From Fidelibacterota bacterium (GTDB lineage: Bacteria; Fidelibacterota; UBA8477; JABMPR01): a DNA stretch of 64,000 nt. The notes beneath the pieces are model-generated. The model saw nothing but the letters and a program-made list of their open reading frames with translations, did not search any database and had not been told where the DNA came from. Every line of letters begins with the position of its first letter. The stretch's first letter is position 1. Position numbers and translations under genes: made by a program. Where the stretch lies: positions 73,753-137,752 of the forward strand of contig JADHVL010000001.1 of assembly GCA_016784025.1 (NCBI GenBank), read 5' to 3'. Positions 1-9,351 of the stretch are shown one piece after another.

Positions 1-1380
1 GAATACTCCGATGGTATGGTCTGGATGAAGTCGGGTTATGGGATTCAGATTGATAATTGTTTGTTTCATCACTTCAGCTTTACCGGAATGGCACAAATGG
101 TTCTCATGGCCAACTCAAACAAGAACAGCCTCATGCAAAACTGCACCTTCCATACGAATGGCTCGAAGGTAATGGTGAAACACACTTCAATGGATGTAAC
201 AATGTGTAGCTTTTCAAAGTTTGGATATCTTCAATATGATGGTTGTGCCATGCAGTGTGCTGGTGGGGATGGACCCGGAGGTGGGAGTGATGGCAGGATT
301 CGTAGCTTCAACTGGCATTTCCAGGCCTTCAAGACGGGTTGTCGATGGGATGGGAATAGTGGCGTTAATGGTACTGACCACCATTTTGTCTCCTGGAAAG
401 TACCTGCCTCCATGCAGATCAAGGGTGATTATCATCATGTGATCAATAATACATCCCTGGAGATTCAGTCTGATGGTGAGCCAGGCATAAAAGTGCTGAC
501 TCCCACCGGGACTGACAACAATTCACATTCAAACATACATAACAATCTGGCCCAAGCCATATCATCGGATCGCCAGATATATCTCCCACTTACAGGAAAT
601 GAGAGTCATAACTGGAATGGATATATCACCGAGGAAAATGCAAGTTTACAGGTTCGGGATGTGCATAATTTTGATTTCAGACCCCGTTTCGACAGTGAAC
701 TCATAGATGCAGGCAGGGAATACGGAAGTATAACAGATGGATATGTGGGTGAGGCTCCAGACATCGGAGCGTACGAATATGGTGATATCAATTACTGGAT
801 TCCCGGCTATATGTATCCTCATGCATCGACACCCATTCCTCCAGATGCGTCGAACCATGTAATGAACGATGCAGACCTGATGTGGTTGAAGGGTAGGGAG
901 GCAACTAGTTTTAGCGTTTTTTTTGGAGAAAGCCCTGGTGATTTAGAACATGTCAGCACACAGGCGAATAATATCTATGAGCCCGGTTTGCTGGAAGAAG
1001 GACAATATTTCTGGCGAGTCGATTGTGTCACACCAGCTGGTGTTGTGATAGGAGAAGTATGGAGCTTCCAGGTAGGTACAACTGCAGCTGCAACTGGTGA
1101 CAGTGGAAATCACCCATTCCGATTCAATTTGGAAAAAAATTATCCCAATCCCTTTAATCCCAAAACCAGGATATCATTTTCCATCCCTGAGATGGATATG
1201 ACCAGCTTGATCTTGTTCAATATTCAAGGACGGTATATACGTACTCTGGTTGATGAGGAACTGATGAGGGGGGACCATTCATATGATTTGTACGCTGATG
1301 ATCTGGCATCGGGCATTTACTTTATTCAACTGGAAAGCGGCAATTCAAGGGCTGTCCAAAAATGTATACTCATAAAATAA
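1..1380 (+). CDS. 5'-truncated secreted right-handed beta-helix (pectate-lyase-fold) protein with T9SS-type C-terminal sorting domain
   Basis: The frame is open to base 1; the ORF track starts at internal Met 16. It aligns with the C-terminal ~450 aa of the downstream paralogue (IDNCLFHH, NWNGYITE, FDFRPR..LIDAG, APDIGAYEYG, YWIPG, STPIPP module). It ends in NYPNPFNPKTRISF...GIYFIQL...K, a type-A T9SS CTD signature. Confidence 0.7.
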   Translation, partial: EYSDGMVWMKSGYGIQIDNCLFHHFSFTGMAQMVLMANSNKNSLMQNCTFHTNGSKVMVKHTSMDVTMCSFSKFGYLQYDGCAMQCAGGDGPGGGSDGRIRSFNWHFQAFKTGCRWDGNSGVNGTDHHFVSWKVPASMQIKGDYHHVINNTSLEIQSDGEPGIKVLTPTGTDNNSHSNIHNNLAQAISSDRQIYLPLTGNESHNWNGYITEENASLQVRDVHNFDFRPRFDSELIDAGREYGSITDGYVGEAPDIGAYEYGDINYWIPGYMYPHASTPIPPDASNHVMNDADLMWLKGREATSFSVFFGESPGDLEHVSTQANNIYEPGLLEEGQYFWRVDCVTPAGVVIGEVWSFQVGTTAAATGDSGNHPFRFNLEKNYPNPFNPKTRISFSIPEMDMTSLILFNIQGRYIRTLVDEELMRGDHSYDLYADDLASGIYFIQLESGNSRAVQKCILIK

Positions 1381-3824
1381 TCCGATCTATAACCCTCCTT
1401 TTGTGGCTGATGACATGTTTGAATGCTACCGAATATTATGTAGCTGAACATGGCGATAATAACTCTGACGGTTCCATCAATATGCCCTTCCTGACCATTC
1501 AGAGGGCTGTCAATGAAATGACCAGTGGTGATATTTGCTACCTGAGAGAGGGGAGACATTATGGATTCACCACTATGGAAAACAAATCCAATCTTACCTT
1601 CAAGAGCTATCCTGGTGAAACGGGTATCATTGACGGGACAAAACTGATTACATCAGAATGGGTTCAACATCAGGGCAGCATTTACAAAACCACCGTCTCG
1701 GATACCATCTGGCAGCTTTTTGTCAATGATCGCATGATGCAAATGGCGCGTTGGCCAAACCTGGCTAATCCCACCAATCCAGATTACTCAAGTGGAGGAC
1801 ACCCCAATCCCAATTTTCCAGAACCGGGCAGTTTTTGGGACCAAGACTCCTGGGCTCATTGTACGAATGCATCATCTTTTGTTCATCAAGTGGGCGGTTA
1901 TGTCGTCAATGATGAGAGTGTCTATAGCCTGGCAAGTCTTAATGTTGATTTGACGGGAGCGCTGGCTGTTGGTAAACTGACGACTTCAGAGCATATCATT
2001 GTTGAGGAAGTTACGAGTCATTCACCTGGAACCAGCAGCTTTGAATGTACGGCAGACTATCTGGATGTTGATCGGGATTCAGATGGTGAAGCAGCGCGGT
2101 ACTGGTTTGAAGGGAAACTAGGTCTTCTGGATAGTCCCGGTGAATGGTTTTTTGATGCCAGCACCATGGAGATCTATGTGTGGTGCGAGGACAACGGGAA
2201 TCCAGCCTATCATGATGTTCGTGGCAGAACGCTGGATCGGGTTCTGGAAATGCTAAATTCCAACAATATTGTTTTCGAGGATCTACACATTTTTGCTGGA
2301 AATATGCTCCTGGTTCAAGGTGATCATCGCACCTTCAATCGATGCACTTTTAGCTATCCTTCTTATTCAAAACGTATGTTGGGTGTGCGTGAACAGCCCC
2401 TGAATATTGATCTGGATGGGGGGCAGGACGATACCTTTTATGATTGTGTCTTCGAGTATTCAGAAAATTGTGCCATTACCTTCCATAGTGCAGGGACAAG
2501 ACGGTATCGGATTGAGAACTGTCTCTTCCACCACATCCTGTGGGGTCAGGGTCGACAGGGTGCGGTTTATGGTCGTAAATCCGAAGATGACATTTTCAGA
2601 CGGAATACCATTCATACTATCGGGAAAGGTAATGGTCTCAAAGGAGGCAAGGCTGATCTGATCGAATTAAACAATATATACAACATTCATTACAGTATTG
2701 ATGGCTCAAATATTCAGATAGCTCCAGGTCAACAACCTGGGATGATCATTGGTTATAACTGGTGCTATGATACCAATAGCCACAATGTGATCCGTTTTGA
2801 TGGTGATCCAGGTGCTTATGATGGCACGATCCATCATTGCATTTCCATGAATGGTAATCGTGGTCTCAGAGTTAAGGGAACCGCTCACTTTATATACAAC
2901 AATACGGCCTTTGGTTGTGAACCGCGGAATGATATTCAGATCTCCATCGACAAAGGGGGCAACGATAGCACTTACACGCGCAATAACGCTGCGACCAAGC
3001 TTTCAGGAAGCAACAATGGCTTTACTGCTATCCCGGGTTTTCATGACCACAATTGGAATGGGTATGAAACCGGGACCGACTTGCGGGATGAGTTACGTGA
3101 TCCTTACAATTTTGATTTTCGACCCAAAGCGGGGTCAGCCCTTATTGATGCTGGCGTGGTCATTCCAGGGATAACAGAGGACTTTGTGGGAAATGCCCCG
3201 GATATCGGTGCCTATGAGTATGGTGACGATAACTACTGGATTCCAGGTAGACTCATTCATCAAGCCTCTACACCGATTCCACCGAATGGGGCTGAGAATG
3301 TAAAGACTGATGCCGATTTGATGTGGCTAAAGAGTCTCGATGCTACCAGCTTCAGGGTGTTCTTTGGGTCAGAGCCTGGACAACTCACAGAAGTGAGCTT
3401 GCAGACTAATAATATTTTTGATCCCGGTCTCCTGGTGGCAGGACAAAACTATTATTGGCGGATAGACTGCAATACGCCTGCAGGATTAATGACAGGGGAG
3501 GAATGGAATTTCCTTGTTGGTTCCTCACCATCTGATCTGAATGAGGGGACTGAATCACCATTCAAATTTCAATTAAATGATAATTACCCCAATCCTTTTA
3601 ATGCTCAGACCAGGATTCAATTCACTTTGCCCCAGGCTGGACCGGTAAAAATGCAATTGTTTAACCTGAGGGGTGGATTGGAGTTAACCCTGATTGACCG
3701 ATCCATGGTCATGGGACATCATAGTGTTGAATTACAGGCAGATCGATTGGCTTCCGGGGTGTATTTGTATCGCTTGAGTGCTAAAGGCTTCTCTGGGACA
3801 AAGAAACTCGTCTTAATCAAATAG
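1362..3824 (+). CDS. Secreted right-handed beta-helix protein (unclassified glycan-active candidate) with T9SS CTD
   Basis: 820 aa with a signal peptide (LLLWLMTCLNA). N-terminal YYV..G.D.N.G....PF.TIQRAV pattern and NCxF/HH repeat turns are typical of parallel beta-helix proteins. Conserved tail NWNGY..DFRP..LIDAG..APDIGAYEYG. CTD NYPNPFNAQTRIQF. Overlaps the upstream stop by 19 nt. Confidence 0.75.
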   Translation: MYTHKIIRSITLLLWLMTCLNATEYYVAEHGDNNSDGSINMPFLTIQRAVNEMTSGDICYLREGRHYGFTTMENKSNLTFKSYPGETGIIDGTKLITSEWVQHQGSIYKTTVSDTIWQLFVNDRMMQMARWPNLANPTNPDYSSGGHPNPNFPEPGSFWDQDSWAHCTNASSFVHQVGGYVVNDESVYSLASLNVDLTGALAVGKLTTSEHIIVEEVTSHSPGTSSFECTADYLDVDRDSDGEAARYWFEGKLGLLDSPGEWFFDASTMEIYVWCEDNGNPAYHDVRGRTLDRVLEMLNSNNIVFEDLHIFAGNMLLVQGDHRTFNRCTFSYPSYSKRMLGVREQPLNIDLDGGQDDTFYDCVFEYSENCAITFHSAGTRRYRIENCLFHHILWGQGRQGAVYGRKSEDDIFRRNTIHTIGKGNGLKGGKADLIELNNIYNIHYSIDGSNIQIAPGQQPGMIIGYNWCYDTNSHNVIRFDGDPGAYDGTIHHCISMNGNRGLRVKGTAHFIYNNTAFGCEPRNDIQISIDKGGNDSTYTRNNAATKLSGSNNGFTAIPGFHDHNWNGYETGTDLRDELRDPYNFDFRPKAGSALIDAGVVIPGITEDFVGNAPDIGAYEYGDDNYWIPGRLIHQASTPIPPNGAENVKTDADLMWLKSLDATSFRVFFGSEPGQLTEVSLQTNNIFDPGLLVAGQNYYWRIDCNTPAGLMTGEEWNFLVGSSPSDLNEGTESPFKFQLNDNYPNPFNAQTRIQFTLPQAGPVKMQLFNLRGGLELTLIDRSMVMGHHSVELQADRLASGVYLYRLSAKGFSGTKKLVLIK

Positions 3825-3881
3825 TCATAATTTGTAATAGGACAATGGCATGAGTCATGCTTGTTATTGGAGATGTCAAAA

Positions 3882-3896
3882 GTATATTAAGTATAC
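3882..3896. promoter_or_regulatory. Palindrome GTATA-TTAAG-TATAC, candidate operator/promoter element
   Basis: Perfect 5-bp inverted repeat with a 5-nt spacer, 126 nt upstream of the ATG at 4022. It is one of five such sites in intergenic DNA of this window. Confidence 0.5.
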
Positions 3897-4021
3897 TTAA
3901 CAAAATGTATTGCACAATATGAAAATTTGGATGCTAGAAAACATTTAAACCAGCCTTCTTCGAATACACGAAGGTTATAATATTTATTGGTAACCCAATA
4001 AGCGGTATAAGTGAGGCCTTA

Positions 4022-6943
4022 ATGAGAAGCATAAAAGCTTTCTTTCTGATCATAATCCTGATGACAAGTTGGGTATTTGCCGGCGTAACAGGTAAACTGG
4101 CAGGTGTCGTCATTAACCAGGAAACGAAAGAACCATTAATTGGTGCTTCCATTGTGGTCCCAACCACCTGGGTTGATGAATTTCAGGTGGAAATGCTCCA
4201 TCCTTTTGGGGCCGCAGCCAATGAAAAGGGCCAATATTTTATACTGAATCTTGAACCAGGCGATTATGACATGAAAGTCATGATGATGGGATACGCTACT
4301 GAGCTTAGAACCAGAGTTCGTGTAGATGCAGACCGTACAACCTGGGTGAATTTTGAGCTCAAACCTGAAGCCATTTTAGGAGAGGATGTAGTTGTTACCG
4401 CCTATCGGGCTGATGACATCCAAGTTGATCTTACCGCGACACGTCAAAATTATGCCATGTCTGAAATGGAAAACAATACAGCGATGTACGAAATTGACGA
4501 TGTAATAGCGTTACAGGCTGATGTTGTCGACGATCATTTTCGAGGGGGCCGTGAGAATGAGACCCTGTATCTGGTTGATGGCGGAACCATTGTAGACCCC
4601 ATGGAAAATGGTAAAGCCTACACACCTCTGGTAATCAGTATGGAACAGGTTCAAGTCGTCACGAGTGGATTTAGTGCTGAATATGGGAACACGCAGTCAG
4701 GCGTGGTGAACATGATACCAAAACAGGGTAAAAATAAGTGGCGTACGAATGTTCAGGTTGTTTATACCGCTCCACATGATTTGTATTGGGGTGGGAGCGT
4801 TTTCGATACCTCCAGGACTCCGTGGAACCTGTTTGCAAGTGGTCCCGATTTTTGGCTCACTTCAGTTACAGACGGTGAGAATCCCTATTTTCAAGAAACT
4901 GGTGGTGGCAAGTACAATGCACACACCTATGACGATACACTCAAGCAAGCCGCGCTGGCATATGCGCAATTCCGAAGTTTCTCCCGTCTGCTTGGTGGGA
5001 ACTATAATGATCTCTGGCAGGACATGAGAGTGAACTTTAGCAGCGGGGGTCCCATCACTGAGAATACCCGTATCTTTATGGCCCTGGGTAATCATTCAAA
5101 ACCCAATATCATGCCCTCCGAAGAACCGGATGTTCGACGCGATATCATGGTAAATCTTACCCACGATATAAGCAGTACCAACAAGCTGGTGATGGGTTAT
5201 GACTACAACTATAACTTTAGTAATACCATTGGTGTGAATAATTCGAGAGATCTCTTCTTCAGGGAAGAGGGCAACTCAAAAAGGATTCGGACCACCCAGA
5301 ATGTTCGTCTTCGCTGGGAACATGTTTTTTCTAAAGCTGCTTTTATGGATATAAATTTTCGGATCCTCTATAACCGTTCCTGGCAGCTCGCACCTATTCG
5401 TGATCCCTCTCAGCAAATACCACAATACGGTCCTGCCAATGCGATACCGTTCTTTTCACGATTAGGTCTCAATGGGATGTATAGTGATGAATTCGCCAAT
5501 TCCAGAAACCGCAATCAAAACATCACCTATTCTCTACTTGGACAGGTCTCCAATCAGATTACCAATTACAATCTGCTCAAGTTTGGCTTGCAGGTCTTTG
5601 CCTATGATATCAACAATTATAATGAAAATAATGTAACAAGTCAGACCAACTATGAGCTGAATGAATATAAAGTGAGACCGGTTGAAGGCGCACTTTACCT
5701 GGAAGACAAACTCGAGTTTGAGGGTATGATAGCCAATCTTGGTTTGAGATGGGATTTTTACGATTTTAATACGAGTTACTTCACGGATCGCTTCTCACCG
5801 ACACGCAATCCGGATTTTAATCCTGACCTACCCTACTTTGAGCAAACAGATTATTTGGACATAGAGAATGCCCTGCGTGAAGACACCAAGCCATTCTCTA
5901 GACTTCAACCCCGCCTGGGAATTGCTTTTCCCATTAATCTGGCGTCAGTAGTGCATATGAATTATGGTCAATTCGTCCAACGACCTGGCTTGAAGTATGT
6001 CTATGAACGTCGTATTGAAGAAACGGGTCGTGTAAACAGTCTGGGCAACCCTCGACTGCGTCCAGAGAAAACAAACTCTTATGACATTGGTGTCGTCCAG
6101 GGCTTTCCCTTTGGTATCAGGGTTGACCTGAGTCTCTATTACAAAGATGTAAAGGATCTCATCCAGGCTGTCACCTATATCGATGAAGAGACCAACGTCT
6201 ACCGCACCTATGACAATCGGGACTATGCCAATATCAAGGGCTTTCATGCCAGCATTGAAAAACGGAGTAAGCTTTTTACGGCAATTGTCCGCTATCGATA
6301 CCAAAAAGCAACGGGGAAATCAGCGACTCCTTTTGATGCACCTGTAACCTATCTGGAGCTGGACAGACTCTCCGGGCGAATAGATGTCGAATTACCCGAT
6401 CCAGAAGATATTCCTATGGACTATGAGCGTACACACCGTCTGGTTACCAGCTTTAATGTAAAAAGTCCCAAAAAATTCGGTCCTAAAATGTTTGGATCGC
6501 GACCGCTGGGTAGTTGGAACTTGAATATTCGTAACGACTGGATGACTGGCCGTCCCTACACTTTTGATCCTGAAATTGCGGGACAACGCTATAATCGCAG
6601 AACGCCAGATGAAAACAAGCTCCAGGCTCGTCTCCAGAAGACATTCCATATGAGAGCATACGAATACACGGTCTATTTCGAGGGTATGAATTTGCTGAAT
6701 GATAAGGTATTCAACTATTCAATATTCAGGGGGGATAGCGAGCGCAAATCTGATCTCCATGATTATGGCGTTGAAGGTGAATGGGAAAATATCTATGACG
6801 AAAATGGGGAATTGGTGGAGCAAATCTGGCATGATGGAGCCAGGGTTTATACCCTGAACGTGGATTACCCATATATCGAAGAAGCAGTCATATATAAGAA
6901 CAGCCCAGCCTATTACAGGATGGGTGTGAATATAAAGTTTTAG
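4022..6943 (+). CDS. TonB-dependent receptor-type outer-membrane barrel with N-terminal carboxypeptidase-regulatory-like domain (cassette 1, gene 1)
   Basis: 973 aa with a signal peptide. N-terminal GKLAGVVINQETKEPLIGASIVV...YFILNLEPGDYDMKVMMMGY (CarbopepD_reg-like). Plug-like LYLVDGG..VQVVTSGFSAEYGNTQSGVVNMIPKQG. Long barrel ending in aromatic ...YRMGVNIKF. RBS GTGAGG upstream. Confidence 0.85.
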   Translation: MRSIKAFFLIIILMTSWVFAGVTGKLAGVVINQETKEPLIGASIVVPTTWVDEFQVEMLHPFGAAANEKGQYFILNLEPGDYDMKVMMMGYATELRTRVRVDADRTTWVNFELKPEAILGEDVVVTAYRADDIQVDLTATRQNYAMSEMENNTAMYEIDDVIALQADVVDDHFRGGRENETLYLVDGGTIVDPMENGKAYTPLVISMEQVQVVTSGFSAEYGNTQSGVVNMIPKQGKNKWRTNVQVVYTAPHDLYWGGSVFDTSRTPWNLFASGPDFWLTSVTDGENPYFQETGGGKYNAHTYDDTLKQAALAYAQFRSFSRLLGGNYNDLWQDMRVNFSSGGPITENTRIFMALGNHSKPNIMPSEEPDVRRDIMVNLTHDISSTNKLVMGYDYNYNFSNTIGVNNSRDLFFREEGNSKRIRTTQNVRLRWEHVFSKAAFMDINFRILYNRSWQLAPIRDPSQQIPQYGPANAIPFFSRLGLNGMYSDEFANSRNRNQNITYSLLGQVSNQITNYNLLKFGLQVFAYDINNYNENNVTSQTNYELNEYKVRPVEGALYLEDKLEFEGMIANLGLRWDFYDFNTSYFTDRFSPTRNPDFNPDLPYFEQTDYLDIENALREDTKPFSRLQPRLGIAFPINLASVVHMNYGQFVQRPGLKYVYERRIEETGRVNSLGNPRLRPEKTNSYDIGVVQGFPFGIRVDLSLYYKDVKDLIQAVTYIDEETNVYRTYDNRDYANIKGFHASIEKRSKLFTAIVRYRYQKATGKSATPFDAPVTYLELDRLSGRIDVELPDPEDIPMDYERTHRLVTSFNVKSPKKFGPKMFGSRPLGSWNLNIRNDWMTGRPYTFDPEIAGQRYNRRTPDENKLQARLQKTFHMRAYEYTVYFEGMNLLNDKVFNYSIFRGDSERKSDLHDYGVEGEWENIYDENGELVEQIWHDGARVYTLNVDYPYIEEAVIYKNSPAYYRMGVNIKF

Positions 6944-6975
6944 CGCACCTTGTTGCTGAAAGGGCAAATAGAATT

Positions 6976-9339
6976 ATGGTGAAAATAGGAAGAACTGGGT
7001 TTGCGCTGATAATGATTCTTTCACTCATGGCAACATCGCTGTGGGCTCAAAGACGTGAATACAAGGTCATGCGCAGAGGCATGATGCGTGAATCACTCTA
7101 CAATAACGGAATTATCAGTACACCGTTTCATAATGATGGGATGGATATCGTGGATCACCCTCAGATGGAATGGCCCAAATATTCAAGTACGGTAGAGGGG
7201 ACCATTATTTATGATGGCCAACACAATACCATGGGTGGTGGTATACATATCTCAGGAAACATACATGACAAACCCTTTCAGGATGAACGTCACTTTTCCT
7301 TTTGTGGTCTTGTGGGAGGGGGCGGACCCGAGGAGACCATCGGTATCTGGAATTTCCCGGTAGAATTTCGTCGTATTGAAAATTATCCCATCCTGGCTGA
7401 TGGAAGTCTAAATCTGGAATATGATCCTGAAGAGGCAGAGGAAATCATTTACGCTAAATGGGCAACCAGTATGGGTGTCACAATCACACGGGTATCCAGA
7501 GCCTGGAGCTATCCTGACTATGACGATATGATTATCCATGAATACGAATTGGTGTTTGACGGAAATACCGATAGTGACCCTACTACTATTGAAGAAGTTG
7601 TCATCGAGCGCGGCTCTGGGGGAATAACCACACTCGATACCGTTCAAGTCTGGGAGGACTTTGTCGTATTCTTCGGTCAGAGCTGGGGTCCAAACATGTT
7701 TGCCTACCAGCGTCAACCTGAATATGGTGGGATATGGAATTGGAAACCGGGACTCATCAGCGATGGAAATCACCAGAGTTTTGACCATAAATTATGGACA
7801 CTTTTCAATTTTGATACTCAAACCAACGGTTCCTTAAACCGTAAGGCAAAACCTGAACCCAATCTGGATCTTTTTGAGGAATGGGCCAGAACCGGTAAAA
7901 ATGGTGGTGGGCTGCTAGCACCACAGGCAGTAGGTATGAGCATGCTGTACTACGACACAAAGCATCTCTCAGCAATCAATATTGCAACCGACACATCAGT
8001 CTATGACGGGGAAACCTCCTATGCCTGGAAAGCCAATGATCACGAACTGTTTCAGTTTCCAGATGAGCCGGATTCCAATGTATTCCGCATCAAGCAACCC
8101 TGGGAAATATACAAGAACAAAGGCTGGTTTGGCCTGAACAAGCTTTACGAAGGAGCTTCCAGTGAGACCGAGAAGCGAGGTAATCCTTTCGGTACAAGTT
8201 ATCTGGATGATCCACGAGTTGGTGAGACCTGGGTCGGTAGGGGAGCCTTCTCGTCTCAAAAGGCTAATGCCATGCCTCTCCAGGCCTTCGCATTTGGACC
8301 CTATACCATTCATCGCGGAGATACCGTTGAATTCAGTATGGCTCAAGTTGTGGGTTACGGAACCGATTCTCGTGAGATTATGGGAGGGGGATCCCATGAT
8401 CAAAGCGTCTTGTTTATGAAACCTGTTCACATTGATTCCTTTGATGTCATTCTTAAAAATGATGAGGGGAATGATGTACTCATGACCAGTCATTATATCT
8501 CTGATTACGGATACCCCGACTATGTCAATTCAGATGTGATCACAATTCAGGATGTATCACGCAAAGCCTATGAGATGTACACTGGAGATTCACTTGCACG
8601 AGTTGAAAGCTGGGGAACCGATGAATTCCGATATTGGCCTGAGAATAATGCAAGAGATGGAAAATATGTTGTTCAGGACATTCCCTGGCCTGCACCCGTG
8701 ATAGACGTTGCCAATACAGCCCTCCAGGGCGTGAGAGTTGCCTGGAATCGGGAGGTGGAGGATTTTCCGTATACAGTGAATGACCTTGGCGGATTCAATC
8801 TATATCGAGCCTATAATCCGCTTGGTCCCTGGAAATTGCTTGTCTCCAAGATAGTCGGAGATGTGAACTCAGATAACTCCTACGAATTCTTTGATGAAGA
8901 CACGACCTTGAAAATGGGTGAAGCTGTGTTTTACGCAGCGACAAGTTTTGATACTGAGGGCTTTGAATCTGGAAAATCCAATATCTTTCCTGATCCAGAT
9001 AATGCAGATGCACCGGCCTTCAGAAGAAGTCAGGGAGCAGTCGAGGAACTGGGTGATATTGTTGTGACACCCAATCCCTTCTTTGAAAAGTCTGGCTTCT
9101 CCGGAACTGGTGAAGATAATATGATTGGATTCTATGGATTGCCTGCAGTATGCACGATCAGGATCTATTCCTATTCTGGACAGCTGGTGGAAACACTGGA
9201 ACACGATTCTGATGCCTACAGTCATCAGTACTTTCAAGTAAGTCGAAACGATCAAATCATTGCAGCCGGTCTCTATTTCTTTTCAGTTTCAACCCCCGAC
9301 GGACAGACCACCGGCGGTAAATTTTTTATTATTAAGTGA
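6976..9339 (+). CDS. Orphan secreted protein with variant T9SS-like C-terminal domain (cassette 1, gene 2)
   Basis: 787 aa with a signal peptide (MILSLMATSLWAQ). I recognise no catalytic or binding domain. The C-terminus VVTPNPFFEKSGF...CTIRIYSYSGQLVETLEH...GLYFFSVSTPDGQTTGGKFFIIK resembles a CTD but deviates from the NYPNPFNP consensus. A paralogue lies at 33259..35538. Confidence 0.6.
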   Translation: MVKIGRTGFALIMILSLMATSLWAQRREYKVMRRGMMRESLYNNGIISTPFHNDGMDIVDHPQMEWPKYSSTVEGTIIYDGQHNTMGGGIHISGNIHDKPFQDERHFSFCGLVGGGGPEETIGIWNFPVEFRRIENYPILADGSLNLEYDPEEAEEIIYAKWATSMGVTITRVSRAWSYPDYDDMIIHEYELVFDGNTDSDPTTIEEVVIERGSGGITTLDTVQVWEDFVVFFGQSWGPNMFAYQRQPEYGGIWNWKPGLISDGNHQSFDHKLWTLFNFDTQTNGSLNRKAKPEPNLDLFEEWARTGKNGGGLLAPQAVGMSMLYYDTKHLSAINIATDTSVYDGETSYAWKANDHELFQFPDEPDSNVFRIKQPWEIYKNKGWFGLNKLYEGASSETEKRGNPFGTSYLDDPRVGETWVGRGAFSSQKANAMPLQAFAFGPYTIHRGDTVEFSMAQVVGYGTDSREIMGGGSHDQSVLFMKPVHIDSFDVILKNDEGNDVLMTSHYISDYGYPDYVNSDVITIQDVSRKAYEMYTGDSLARVESWGTDEFRYWPENNARDGKYVVQDIPWPAPVIDVANTALQGVRVAWNREVEDFPYTVNDLGGFNLYRAYNPLGPWKLLVSKIVGDVNSDNSYEFFDEDTTLKMGEAVFYAATSFDTEGFESGKSNIFPDPDNADAPAFRRSQGAVEELGDIVVTPNPFFEKSGFSGTGEDNMIGFYGLPAVCTIRIYSYSGQLVETLEHDSDAYSHQYFQVSRNDQIIAAGLYFFSVSTPDGQTTGGKFFIIK

Positions 9340-9351
9340 TGTGAGTGGAGT

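Noticed and set aside
1362-1380. The 19-nt overlap of two beta-helix genes as a sign of frameshift or gene fusion
   Set aside because: The upstream protein ends with a complete CTD and the downstream one begins with a complete signal peptide. These are therefore two intact genes with a short overlap, or a slightly later start.
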